From: Octopus sinensis
Lineage: Eukaryota
Length of the DNA stretch: 64,000 bases
Direction: 5' to 3'
Assembly: GCF_006345805.1 (NCBI RefSeq)
Contig: NW_021833238.1
Location: 1-64,000 of the forward strand
Shown: piece after piece, positions 12,018-25,124 of the stretch
How the letters are laid out: every line of letters begins with the position of its first letter
Numbering within the stretch: the stretch's first letter is position 1
The notes under the pieces: generated by a model
Seen by the model: the letters and a program-made list of their open reading frames with translations, nothing else
Database searches by the model: none
Told to the model about the DNA's origin: nothing
Program-made: the position numbers and the translations under genes

Positions 12018-13080
12018 TTAAGGTCATGTACATACAACATGGACAAGAACGTATAACTCATAGAAGACGATACAATAAACATGGACAGGACATTCGAACC
12101 CCTCATTCTTCAGTCAAGAACCGGATCATCGTAGTAAATTTCGGCTGATTAATCTTGAGATTACTAGATCACGGCCATCCCTCCAAGAAAAACTAAGCTG
12201 GAAGCGTAGATTTCCTGGAAGAAGGATCGAATGCATACGAACACCAGGACAGCAAAAGTGACAGATATAAAAAACAAAAACAATAATGGAATACAGAAAC
12301 ATGAAATACAGAAGCATTAACGTTGAAAACACAAGTGTCTTACGACTGATAACAAGCAAAAAATTTTTTCTCTGGCGCATTGGAAAAAGCCTTTATAGCG
12401 GCGGACGAAGAACAACGATGTTAACACGACGAGGGTCAGGAGCTGAAAGGCAGATTTCGGCCAACAGTCCGTGACAGAGAAGAGGGAAAGAAAAGAAAGA
12501 GAAGCAAAGGGAGAGAGAGAGAGAGAAAAGGGGACAAAACGCAACAAGAGAGAGAAGAGAGAGAAAGAAGGAATCAGAGAGGAAAGGATGGGTGTCCGAA
12601 GAATAACCTGTGAGTGCAGAGCGAGACAAGAAATAGGAGGGTAGTGGAAGACTAGACCGAAGGATCAGAGGAAAGAGAAGGGAATAGAGAAAGTAAAAAT
12701 GAGAGAGAGAGAGAGACAAACGAGAGTCGTACCAATTATTAGAATATGTGTTCACATTAATGATAAAGGGGGTACGGGGCGCCTGGAATATATGTTAAGG
12801 TATGTAGAAAATACAACATGGACAAGAACGTATAACTCATAGAAGACGATACAATAAACATGGACAGGGCATCGAACCCCTCAGTCTTCAGTCAAGAACC
12901 GATCATCGTAGTAATTTCGGCTGATTAATCTTGAGATTACTAGATCACGGCCAGCCCTCCAAAAAACTAAGCTGGAAGCGTAGATTTCCTGAAGAAGGAT
13001 CGAATGCATACGAACACCAGGACAACAAAAGGGACAGATAAAAAAACAAAAAAAATAATGGAATACAGAAACATGAAATA
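12018..13080 (-). mobile_element. Element with two ~290-bp direct repeats, probably Penelope-like
   Basis: 12018-12308 repeated at 12795-13080; (TA)n on both sides; weak ctgaaga...gaa hammerhead-like motif in each repeat on the minus strand. Confidence 0.6.
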
Positions 13081-13359
13081 TATATAATATATCTATATCT
13101 ATATATATATATATATATAATATATAATAATACAAACATACACATATATATATGAGTGTGTATGTATGTGTATGTGTGCTGTGTGTGAATACATACACAT
13201 ATACTTACATGCATTCGACTAAATCCTTCAAGACTGTGCTTGAGGCAGGCTACGGTAAAAGAAGGTATATATATATATACACGGCACACATACACATACA
13301 TACACACTCATACATATATAATATATATATATATATATATAATATATATGTGTGTGTTG

Positions 13360-13393
<34 letters not shown>

Positions 13394-14394
13394 TAGATAG
13401 AGAGAGAGAGAGAGAGAGCGATAGATAGATATATAGATAGAGAGAGAGAGAAAGAGAGGGAGAGAGAGATGGGAGAGAAAGGGGGAGAGACAGTTTCTTG
13501 TCCAGTTGAAAATTTACTCGGACGCAGTCTTTCAACAACACGCACACATAACCTGTGCTCTCTTTGATCTGTCAGCCCAGACAAATTTAACCTTCCCGCA
13601 CATGTGTTTACGTGAATGCTTGAATGAACCCAAACACGAATATGAAATCATTGAATATAAAATCATTAATTTTCTTTACTAATACTTGTTAGGGATATGA
13701 TAGCTATACAACATGTAATAAAGAGATTGCTATCATTCAGAATAATGTCTTCCCAACACTGCTGTGCCTCTCGACTTTCACTCGATATAGGTTCGTCCTT
13801 TCCCTCTTCTTTTCATCTCCGCATTCTTCTTTTTATCCTTCTTCCAGTAACTCTTGACTAAACTATCAGCCAAATAAGCTATCCACAAAGATGTTTGTAT
13901 GCCACAAAAATTCGCACCTCCGAAACAACTATGCCTCACTCACAAGATGAACCAAAAGGTATATAAGAAACTTGAAAAAAGGCTCCTATTGAAGGTAGTT
14001 CTCCAATGTCGCCGCAATCCGATGACAGAAACAAGACAAAAAAAATGTGTGTGTGTGCGCGTGTAAAATTAATAACCTTTTTCCCCATGGAAATTCTGAA
14101 TCATTTTACTCCAATCATATATTCAAGTCAGGTCTGGTATTTTTTAAAAGAAAAATCGGTTTGTAGTTATTGCTTATTATAATTATATTCTGAGTTATAT
14201 ATTTGTATTATTAGATAGCTTGATAATAAATGAGACAGTCCCAAGTAATTTATTTTCACTATTAACAATAATCAATTTAGTTTCAATGCTAATTTGAAAT
14301 GAAGCTTCTTGATAGCCTTCAATCAAGGCTACCAAACATTTAACGTTCACATCGTGCTTCATAAAATTAGGTCACACACACAATACACACGTCC

Positions 14395-14475
<81 letters not shown>
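14395..14475 (+). repeat. (CTAT)n microsatellite, left flank of Tx1 element
   Basis: ~20 perfect units. Confidence 0.95.
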
Positions 14476-15825
14476 CAACGCATCCTCTTTCGCTTCTTGT
14501 GGAAAGGATGCGTCCCGATGGTCAGGCGATCCATTTGCTGTCAACACCCGTTAAAAGGAGGGCTGGGCATGCCGTGGTTGATGATGCGCAGACACGCGCT
14601 GAGAATGCGACATCTCTGGCTCTATGTAGACGACGGTGAACAGGTGTGGTCGCCGTTTGTGAGGCACGCTTTCCCGCAGCTCGTCTCCATGACCGAACTG
14701 CAGTCGTGGATCAAAAAGAGGCCGAGGAAGGGCGAATGGCACCGCGAGTGTCGCGTTGCTCTCAAGCAACTCTGCCGTCCTGGGTCGACCTTAAGTGACT
14801 TCAACACAACAAAGCATTCTATAGGGGTTTAGTGGAGGGGAGGACGACGACGAGCTCGGGGCGAACCTGGACGTCGACGAGGACTACCTGACCCGCCTGT
14901 TCAGGACGACTTTCGGGCCGGGCCCATGGACAACTTCCAGAGATCCCTGGCCTGGCAGTGCTACCGAGAAGCGCTACCCGTTCGGGATAAGCTCTACAGA
15001 CACGGCTCGAGAAACACGGGGCCGACCTGCCCGAGATGCGGTCAGAGCGACGAAACCGTTCTGCACGCACTCGTTCAGTGTCCAACAATTTCCGACCTGT
15101 GGCTTATGTCGAACAACTGCTGTCACGTGTGGGACGAGTCGGTTTATCAGCTGAGTCTATCGTCAATATTGTCACGCCTCCTCTCCTTCAAACGGGAAGG
15201 AAGAGCTATTTTCATCATCCTTGTGGCTATGGCGAAAGAATGTATGTGGTGGACGCGTCTGAAAGGATTGAGAGACAAACACTTTCCTCTCTGGTCAATC
15301 TCTCATCAACTTCTTCAAGTACCACTTGAAAAGGAAAGTGAGAGTAGAGAGGCAAGTTTTGTCTAGCGAATGTTTTAAAAAAAGATGGGTGAATGTAGCA
15401 AGAATGGCACGTATGAATGACGAAGCCACCTTGAGCATGATCCTATGAACCCAGAATCGAAAACAAGAGAGTTGCTTATTTGCAAAAAAAAAAAAAAAAG
15501 AAATATAAAATGTAACTTCATTGACCGAGGTTACCGTGGTCTTTTCCGTAGGCTTTTTCTTTCCACGGGTAAACCTCACCTGTCCTCCCCTTTACACTTC
15601 ATATTGACATTTCTGTGATAACGATCCCTATTGATCAATTTTTTTTTTTTCTCCTCTCCCCCCCCTTTTTTTTACCCCCCCTTTTTTGTCCTCTTTCTCC
15701 TCCTTTACGATCCCTTTTGATCGAACTACCCCCTTCCTTTTTTTTTTTTTAACCCTTCAAAAGAAAAGCTCTACCTTGTAATTTGTTCTATCTGTGTGCA
15801 GCCCTGTGTGGCTAATAAAGAAACA

Positions 15826-15826
<1 letters not shown>
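14476..15826 (+). mobile_element. 5'-truncated L1/Tx1-clade LINE (ORF2 C-terminus and 3' UTR), frameshifted
   Basis: FRFLWKG...PLKGGLGMP, LPVRDKL, zinc knuckle CPRC-X7-H-X4-C; stop ~15448; pyrimidine-rich UTR; aataaa at 15814. Confidence 0.88.
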
Positions 15827-15884
<58 letters not shown>

Positions 15885-15951
15885 ATATCTATCTATCTAT
15901 CAATCTCTCTCTCTCTATCTACCTATCTATCTATCTATCTACCTACCTATC

Positions 15952-16023
<72 letters not shown>

Positions 16024-16050
16024 CACATGTGTATATACATGTGTGTATGT

Positions 16051-16086
<36 letters not shown>

Positions 16087-16130
16087 CGTGTGTGTGTGTG
16101 TGCGTGTGTGTTTGTGTGTGTGTGCGTGCA
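15827..16130 (+). repeat. (CTAT)n followed by (GT)n
   Basis: Direct reading. Confidence 0.95.
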
Positions 16131-16461
16131 TGCGTAGGTATATTTCTATGGTCGAAATTGTCAAAGTAGTTTCTTCAAATGTCTTAGAAATTACTACCAA
16201 ATTTTGTGTAATTTTTGAAATACTGACCCCCATCAACGTCATTCGCACGAAAAAAAAACTGTATTAAAGAATATATTTTCTCAAGATAACCAGCTGATAT
16301 GTACAACATTTTAATACAGTTCTAATATGATATTAGTGCAAACAAATCACAATAGAACAAGGCTTTTAACAGCTTGGTTATCTTCCCTACTCTGAAATTA
16401 TAAACGATTTTAATGTGTTAAAACGTCTAAAAATGTTCGTATTATTATTAATTTTGCTTTA

Positions 16462-16910
16462 AGACTGCGAGCTGGCACAATCGTTAGCACGCCGGATATA
16501 ATGCTTAGCGGCATTTTGTCCGTCCTTATGTTCTGAGTTAAAATTCCGCCGAGGTCGACTTTGCTATTCAGCTTTTCGGGGTCGATGATTTAAATACCAG
16601 TGAAACACTGGGGTCGATGTGATCGACTAGTCCCCTCCACCAAAATTTCAAGCCTTGTGCTTTTAGTAGATAAGAATATTAATTTTTGCTTTAAGGCAGC
16701 GTACCTACAGAGTCGTTACCGCGCCGGATAAATTGCTTAGCGGCATTTCGTCCGTCCTTACGTTCTGAGTTCAAATTCCGCCGATGTCGACTTTGCCTTT
16801 AATCCTTTCAGGTTCGATAAATTAAGTAACTGTGAAATATTGGGGTCGATGTAATCAACTAGTCCCTTCCACCAAAATTTCAAGCCTTGTACCTTTAGGA
16901 GAAAGGATTA
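16462..16910 (+). mobile_element. Two tandem SINE type C copies
   Basis: Two ~225-bp units, each with the ttccgccga.gtcgactttgc block and caccaaaatttcaagccttgt tail. Confidence 0.88.
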
Positions 16911-18167
16911 TTAGCTTTACTTTCGTATTAATCTTCAAGGTTGGCCATAATTATAGAGCGAGATATGAGTTTTTAAGGACCTAATGCCGCAATCTATATT
17001 TGAATCCCGTTTGAAAGCAATTCATTTCACTTCACATGATCGCTAAAGCTCTTCGGAAAGGCATGTAGATCACCATATGACTAGATATTCTTCCATATAG
17101 CACAAATGGCTTCGTGCACAGTTACAAAGAACTAAATTTTATGCAACTGCCGTATGAGATGCTTTCAAGCTAAACTCATGCGATGTTTAATACAGTCTCT
17201 CAATCCTCTAGGATTGTTGAAATACTGGGATTGATTAAATCAAATGTTAGAAATACTCCGTTTCCAAGAGAATAGTGTACCTGTTAACCAAAATCAATAA
17301 TTCTTAATCTGATTAGAATTTAAAATCCAACTATAGAGAAAATTCCACTGCGTCTGTTCTGGTGCACAATGCCTTTCCTTTGATGAAACTTTTGCTATTG
17401 ATTTCGATTCATGGCTTTTTATTCATGACAATATTTTTTGCTGTGTTCTAATTGTTATCGCTTTTTTTCCTTCTCATAGAATCTAGGTTAAGGACGTTTT
17501 TTTGTATGTGTTTTGTCAAACTATTAACTATTGAGATACTGTTCTATAGAACTGAATAGCGCTAAAGTACAAAAGTAGATTAGTCTTAAAGGATATAGTT
17601 TGCCATTGTGTTGTATAGGCTTTTATAGATTCAGTCACGTAAAAGAAGTTACAGGACGGATAATGAAAGTGAAAATGAAAATGATAATGAAATATGTAAT
17701 TTGTAAGGAGAATTAAGATAGGTAATAAAATACTCGTTAAGTAACAATTTCTTTAAATATTAACTTAAACATAAAGTAGACCGAAGCTTCGAAACATCTT
17801 GCAGAAATATCACCTGGCTATGTATCAATGGAGAAATGTTGTCGATAGGTAGGAACTGCTTCCTTTAAAGGAAATCTAGCTGGAGTAAACGATTATAAAT
17901 AGAAAAGTCAAGGAGACGCAATGAGAACTAAGGAGGGAATTAATAAATGAATGATCGATAGGGAAGAACACACAAACACACACACGCATGCACACGTATA
18001 TATTCATGTATATATTCGTGTGTGTGTGTGTGTGTGTATAGACACATTCAAATTTACATATATATTCATATTTACCTTGTCTTTTATCTCTCAGTAAACT
18101 CTCTCCTACCCTTACTCCGGAAGCAACCGTAGGTGGCAGTATTCCCCAGTTAAAATTCCCCTCTTTT

Positions 18168-18553
18168 ACATGTTTCAGTCATTTGACTGCGGCCATGCTG
18201 GAGCACCGCCTTTAATCGAGCAACTCGACCTCGGGACTTATTCTTTGTAAGCCCAGTACTTATTCTATCGGTCTCTTTTGCCGAACCGCTAGGTGACGGG
18301 GACGTAAACACACCAGCATCGGTTGTCAAGCAATGCTAGGGGTACAAACACAGACACACAAACACATACACATACATATATATACATATATACGACAAGC
18401 TTCTTTCAGTTTCCGTCTACCAAATCCACTCACAAGGCATTGGTCGGCCCGGGGCTATAGCAGAAGACACTTGCCCAAGATGCCACGCAGTGGGACTGAA
18501 CCCGGAACCATGTGGTTGGTTAACAAGCTACTTACCACACAGCCACTCCTGCG

Positions 18554-18556
<3 letters not shown>
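18168..18556 (-). mobile_element. SINE type D, full length
   Basis: Reverse complement of 28216-28623. Confidence 0.92.
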
Positions 18557-18587
<31 letters not shown>

Positions 18588-18775
18588 TATAAGAACTCAC
18601 CTGTAATACCCATGTAATAAATTTTTTCTGAATTTTCAGATTTTTCTATATGCTAGGCTACTGGTTTTTATTGGTTTTAAACTGATGTTAAATTGATAAT
18701 CAATTTATCACCCTCATTATTTAAATCACACACACACACACCACACACACACACGCACACATACACACACACACA

Positions 18776-18848
<73 letters not shown>

Positions 18849-18851
<3 letters not shown>

Positions 18852-18940
18852 AATGAAAAGAATGGAGTCGAACGAAGATTTTAACAAAAGTAAAGGAATT
18901 TTGTTAAAATCTTTGTTCGAGTCCATTCTTTTCATTTATT
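18849..18940. repeat. Hairpin with ~40-bp arms next to (CA)n(TA)n
   Basis: ataaatgaaaagaatggagtcgaacgaagattttaacaaaa ... ttttgttaaaatctttgttcgagtccattcttttcatttat. Confidence 0.88.
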
Positions 18941-19448
18941 CATATAATAAAACACACAAATTTCCACACACGAACACGGGGTTCTGCCCTTGGCATGTAG
19001 CTTCAACCGTGTTTGACTGATGTGAATTTGCTACCCAGGTATCGATTAACCGAATTATCCATACTAGGATAATTCATTCACCTACTTATACATATATATA
19101 TATATATATATATATGTACATATATATGTATGATATATGTATGTATGTGTGTGTATGTGTGTTTGCGTGTGTGTGTGTGTGTGAATTTTCCAAACCGTAA
19201 GAAAGCCATTTACTGTGTTTTGTCACGGATATATCGGTGTAAGCAAATAGGTGTAAATACATTGAAGTAGTTCACAGCGCCCCCTAACAGCATGGTTATC
19301 TCCTCTCCACCCACAGAGATCGCAAAGATACTGGAAATATTAACTTAACAGAAGTGATGTTTAAGAAAAGAAGATAGTATGGTAAATGTAAAAGAGTTCT
19401 CTACAGAACCGAAGATAAAATGAAACAGATACATTGAATGTGTGTAAG

Positions 19449-19482
19449 ATATAGATAGATAAATAGATATATAGATAGATAA

Positions 19483-19515
<33 letters not shown>

Positions 19516-19551
19516 CAGACAGATAGATAGATAGATAGATAGATAGATAGG

Positions 19552-19624
<73 letters not shown>
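19449..19624 (+). repeat. (GATA)n-(GA)n microsatellite
   Basis: Direct reading. Confidence 0.95.
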
Positions 19625-19627
<3 letters not shown>

Positions 19628-20067
19628 GGGAGAAAAGCGATGAATGAAAATGTCACGTGGGAGTTGAAGAAAATAATTGTGAAAATGGCGAGATTGGAAT
19701 GGAAAAGGGGAAGATACAACATAGAGGAAGATAAAATGGATCGGGAACGATATTATAAGTGTGTTGTATAAATGAAAACAAATGAAGATATATTATATAG
19801 TTATGTAATTTATCTCGCCTAGAACGAAATGCCAATAGAGGAACTAATATATTATCTTGATTCTACAAAAATATATCAATTATGTGTGCACAATTGCAGA
19901 GACACAGCATAGCAACATCTCGCAGGTAAAAGAGTAAACTAGCATAATTCCTAGTTACAATAATGTATAGCAACAAATAGAAATTTCTAGTTCACTCGAG
20001 AAACAAGTATATATCTAAGCTTCGTAGTGCACTGGAGATGTTGTAAACTCACAGCAGAACAATAATA

Positions 20068-20481
20068 CATTTCTTTATTGCCCACAAGGGTCTAAGCATT
20101 GAAGGGACAAACAAGGACAGACAAACGGATTAAGTCGATTACATCGACCCCAGTGCGAAACTGGTACTTTATTTATCGACCCCGAAAGGATGAAAGGCAA
20201 AGTCGACCTCGGCGGAATTTGAACTCAGAACGTAACGGCAGACGAAATACCTATTTTGTTATTACCCACAAGGGGCTAAACATAGAGGGGACAAACAAGG
20301 ACAGACATAGGTATTAAGTCGATTACATCGAGCCAGCGCGTAACTGGTACTTAATTTATCAACCCCGAAAGGATGAAAGGCAAAGTTGACCTCGGTGGAA
20401 TTTGAACTCACAACGTATCGACAGACGAAATACCTCTAAGCATTTCGCCCGGCGCACTAACGTGTCTGCCAGCTCCCCGCC
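20068..20481 (-). mobile_element. SINE type C dimer (Tx1-like tails) within one TSD
   Basis: Full copy plus 5'-truncated copy; flanks cacagcagaacaataata (20050) and cacagtagaacaataata (20481). Confidence 0.85.
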
Positions 20482-21417
20482 ACAGTAGAACAATAATAGA
20501 GCTCTTTTCGTGAGGTAATTTGTATGAAACCGCAAGGAGAATTATTCGGTATGTATATTCTTTCCATGAGAAATGCAACGGGTTATACATCATGACAGCA
20601 ACGTTTAGAGTTCCTGTGATGATGATAAATATTGTCTGTTCCTATTAGCAGATCATGACAGAGTGATTTTAATTTCTTTGATGATGTTAAATATTGATTG
20701 CGTCGGTTAGTAAATCACGATAGTATTTCCCTGGTAGCAGAGGAAATGAAAAAGAAACAAAATAATCCAGACCACTTAGGAATTGGATAAGCTAAGGATC
20801 AAAATTACAGTCAACATAATTACAGTGGAAATTGCTGATGGTCTTAAACGCTACTCCATCGATATAACCGTTAGTAAATATTGAGTTACTTTCAAGCATC
20901 ATCAATTGAAATTTCGGTTCAATGGACATTTCCCTTATTTACAAAGATTAGCTTGTTATTGGTCGAAAGAAGACCCATTGTGAAAGCACTTTCCTTTTAT
21001 CATACTATAGCTACATTCATCTCTGTAATGAACAATTTTACAAGTGAATATTGCTTCTAATCTCAATAATAGATGTTCCAATACTCTCGGAAATGATGGA
21101 GCTAGAACTGTCCAAACAAATTTAACGGTAAATATTTGTTGATCTATACAATGGAAAAAAAAACCCAATAAGGTATAGTGTATATAGACATTTCGTAGTA
21201 GTGTGACATATTGACAGAATGGTGGCAGTTATCCAACAAGTGAATATTTTAATCTGAATATAATACAGAATGTAGGATCTTATAGTAGATAATAGATCAC
21301 AGGATGTGAAATTTTGCTGTTAACGAATGTAAAGGACATTTGGAAGCACTCTTTTGGGCTATATTTTTATGTATTTAGTTTCAAATTTACTTTATTTGCT
21401 GATAATATTTCTTTCTA

Positions 21418-22890
21418 AGGCAGCCACCTGACGGAATCATTAGCACACCAGTCAAAACGTTTAATGGTATTTCGTCCGTCTTTACGTTCTGACTTCAAAT
21501 TCTGCCGAGGTCAGTTTTACGATTCCTTCTTTCAGAATCGATAAAATAAATATTGGGTTGGCAAGAAAGTAGTTTCGGTTTTTAAGTGTAAAATAAGAGT
21601 CATTTTTTTTTCATACAAAGAAGAACTTGAATTACATATTTTCCATTTTATTCGATGCCCTTTGGCCATCTTTCTGGCAACTTTATGATTCCGCGCTCAT
21701 AGAACTTCTCGTCTTTATCAGTGCGATTATAAATCATCATCATTATTGAAAGTTTTACCATTCAAAGAATTTTGCAAACTTCGAAATAAATTGTAATCTG
21801 ATGGTGCCGGGCTATATGGTGGATGTGACATCATTTCTCAACAAGCCCCAATAATTTTTCATGAGTTAGCAAAGATTTGTGTGGTCTAGCGTTGTCTTGA
21901 TGGAATACGACTCCTTTACGATTTGCCAATTCTGGCCTTTTTATTTTTGTTTGCTTCCTCCAGTTTCATTAGTTGTTGACGGTAAACATCTGAATTGATG
22001 TTTTGCTTCCTTGGAAGTAACTCAAAACACACAACACCTTAGTAATTCCACCAAACTGACAGTATGGCGTTCTTTTTTATGCAATTCAGCTTCCTATGTG
22101 GTTTATAGTGGTTCATTACGCTTGGACCATGATCGATGTCCGATTGATATTGTGGACATGCCATTTTTCAGCACCAGTGATTATTCGTTTCAAAAAAGGT
22201 CGATTTCATGGCGTTTGAGGTGCATATCGCAAATAATGATTCGTTGTGTTAAGTGAATCTCTTTCAACCTATGTGGAACCCAAATATTGAGCTTCTTAAC
22301 GAATCCAAGACATTTTAAGTGATTTTCAATTGTTGTGTGTGATACATTTAACCTCTCTGCAATCTCCCGCACAATTATATGGCAATCAGATTCAGTTATG
22401 GCTTTGATTCGGTCATCATCAACTTCAGTAAGTCGACCAGAACGTTGGTCATTTTTTAGTGAAAAATCTCCGGAACGGAATTTTAAAAATCATTTCTGAC
22501 ATGTGCGGTCTGTTAATCAATCAACACTATAAACTTCACACATCTCTTTGTGAGCCCCAGAAACTTTCTTGCCTTTACGGAAATAAAAAAAGCAAAATAT
22601 GGCGAAAATGTTCGTGTTTGCATTTCGTGTTAAAATTGACACTGAACTAACATATGTAAACAAAATTACACGCAATTTGCTTCTAAAGTAAGCTAAAAGT
22701 AGCGGCTATCAAATGTTAAAAGGAAATCAAAATGATAACATTAACAAAAGTCATTAAAAAAAATCGTAACTCTATCTATTTGCGAAACACGAAATTACTT
22801 GCCAACCCAATATCAGTTGAACAATGGGTTTGATGTAATTGATTTACTCCCTCCCCCGAAATTGCTAGCCTCCTACCAAAAATTGAAACA
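21418..22890 (+). mobile_element. SINE type C split by a mariner insertion
   Basis: 5' part 21418-21552 ends gataaaataaata; 3' part resumes at 22813 tcagttgaacaatgggtttgatgtaattga. Confidence 0.75.
21553..22810 (-). mobile_element. Full-length-size decayed mariner (1.26 kb)
   Basis: TIR ttgggttggcaag with TA TSD; minus-strand motifs IWVPHRL, FHQDNARPH, HPPYSP, PSDYNLFRSLQNSLNG; stops and frameshifts. Confidence 0.92.
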
Positions 22891-23350
22891 AATGTTTCTT
22901 GTCGATGAAGAAAATATTAATTTTGTAAATTAATTTATAGCGAATTAATTTTCTCAAAGTATGATTTAAAGAACTGTGTAGAATCCGAAACGCAAATGTA
23001 ATGCTGAAAGACACTGCAGTACTAATAGTTCATTGAGTTCTGAGTTCAAATCCTGCTTTGGTCACTTTTAACTTTGACGCTGATACGATAAGCATTTGTT
23101 TAGTTCCGAGAATCCCCCAAATTATGGACTTGTACTAATGCAAGAAGTTCTTATTTAGATTAGTTGAATGTGGAAGAGTGGCAGAAAGAGTAGCGTACTG
23201 GAGTAAATCCATTTCAGAATTTTGTTCCAATCATTCATTCACGTTTTCAGTCCCGAGCATTCATTGAAGAATTCTCTTGATTCGAAAGAATGATTATTGA
23301 TATAATAACTATTCAAATGTGTGGAAGAATGATTGGTTAAGGATAGTGTC

Positions 23351-24270
23351 TCTTATTCAGATATGTTTGTGGTGAGCCCTTCAGAGAAGTAACTATCAAG
23401 ACCGTATCTTGACTGTTGATATTTACCTTTCTAAGTATGCCTTCATTTCAGATAAAACGTAGCTGAGCTCAACAAAGAAGTAACAATCTATATCCTGTAA
23501 GAGAGGAGACCAGTAGAAAAAGTAACCCACCAGTTTGTGTTTATTCTTTTCTACGAGGCCCGAAATTTTGGGGGAGGGGCCTGTCGATTAGATCGACCCC
23601 AGTACGTAACTGGTAATTAATTTATCGACCCCGAAAGAATGAAAGGCAAAGTTCACCTTGGCGGAATTTGAACTCAGAACGTAAAAACAGATGAAATACC
23701 TCTCAGCATTTTGCACGGCGTGCTAACATTTCTTATTTCTTTATTGCCCACAAGTGGCTAAACAGAGAGGGGACAAACAAGGACAGACAAAGGGATTAAG
23801 TCGATTACTTCGACCTCAGTGCATAACTGGTACTTATTTAATCGACCCCGAAAGGATGAAAGGTCAAGGCGACCTCGGCGAAATTTGAACTCAGAACGTA
23901 AAGATAGACGAAATACCGCTCAGCATTTTGTCCGGCGTGCTAACTTTTCTGCTAGCTCGCCGCCTTTATACTTTAAATATATTAAACGTGAATTTGATAA
24001 GGAAATAATCTCTAAATTGCGCCTGTTATTTTCGGTATTTTGGATTTAAGGGAACAAGGAGGCATTCCATCTGATCATTGCCTTCACTTCAGATTGTTTT
24101 GGGTTGAGATTTATGAGGAAGTAACCTTTCATATTGTGCCTTTTCGCTTGAGATACATTAGAGATAATGTCAGTATATGTTATTTGGGAGACTTAACTGA
24201 GATTTAACCCTCTACATTTTGATCCTTCACATTAGATATTTCAGAGGTGAGTTTATCAGGGAAGTAACCT
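23351..24270. repeat. Degenerate fixed-spacing motif array (4 clear units) interrupted by SINEs
   Basis: AGAT-N9-nTGAG-N9-GAAGTAAC at 23359, 23450, 24091, 24234. Confidence 0.65.
23543..23965 (-). mobile_element. SINE type C dimer with two different tail subtypes
   Basis: Full copy 23965-23733 with Tx1-like tail joined to a 5'-truncated copy with the ccccaaaattt tail. Confidence 0.85.
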
Positions 24271-24789
24271 ACTTCACTTTTGAAACATTCTGAAGATATT
24301 CAGAAATGTAGACTCAGAGATGGTGTTCTTCGAGTAGCAGTACAAACGTGAGTCTATGTTTGTGCTGTAGAGTGTGTATGTGTGTGTGTGAACATAGTTA
24401 CATATGGAGAACATTCAATTGCTATAATAAAAACATACGTTCTCTCTCTAACAAGAAAGATAGACTCTTTTAGAAAATATAAATGCATGCTACTTCGTTG
24501 TTTTCTCCACAACATTTTTTTTTTACTTTCAATTGTAACCCCACCACCATCACACATACACACACACTTACTTTATCCTACAGTACCTGTTGCCCTCTTA
24601 TATTTCTATTTCGTAGAATTGAACTTTCGAAATGTTTTCTCATTTCTATTCAACTAACGTCAGTTCCTGTTTACATTATTTCAAGACACAAAACAACATT
24701 TTTTATCTCGATGTCAGATCGGCCTAGATCATTCAACATCTCATACAGTAGTTCTTCTTTTTTTTGTTTTATTTTATTTTGATATATAT

Positions 24790-25124
24790 CCTAAAGACTA
24801 AAGACTCCGCCGGTTACGACGACGAGGGTCCCAGCTGATACGATCAACGGAACAGCTTGCTCGTGAAATTAACTTGCAAATGGCTGAGCATTCCACAGAC
24901 ACGTGTACCCTTAACGTAGTTCTCGGGGATAATCAGCGTGACACAGAGAGTGACAAGGCTGACCCTTTGAAAATACAAGTACAACTCATTTTTGCCAGCT
25001 GAGTGGACTGGAGCAACGTGAAATAAAGTGTCTTGCTCAAGGACACAACGCGTCGCCGGGAATCGAACTCACAACCTTACGATCATGAGCCGAATGCCCT
25101 AACCACTAAGCCACGCGCCCTCAC
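24790..25124 (-). mobile_element. SINE with head B and tail alpha
   Basis: 12-bp TSD tttgatatatat (24778, 25125); switches from B to alpha after ggcaaaaatgagt; (tctttag)n tail. Confidence 0.88.

Noticed and set aside
12018-13080. Canonical LTR retrotransposon
   Set aside because: No gag/pol, no clear TG...CA ends on both repeats, no 4-6-bp TSD or PBS.
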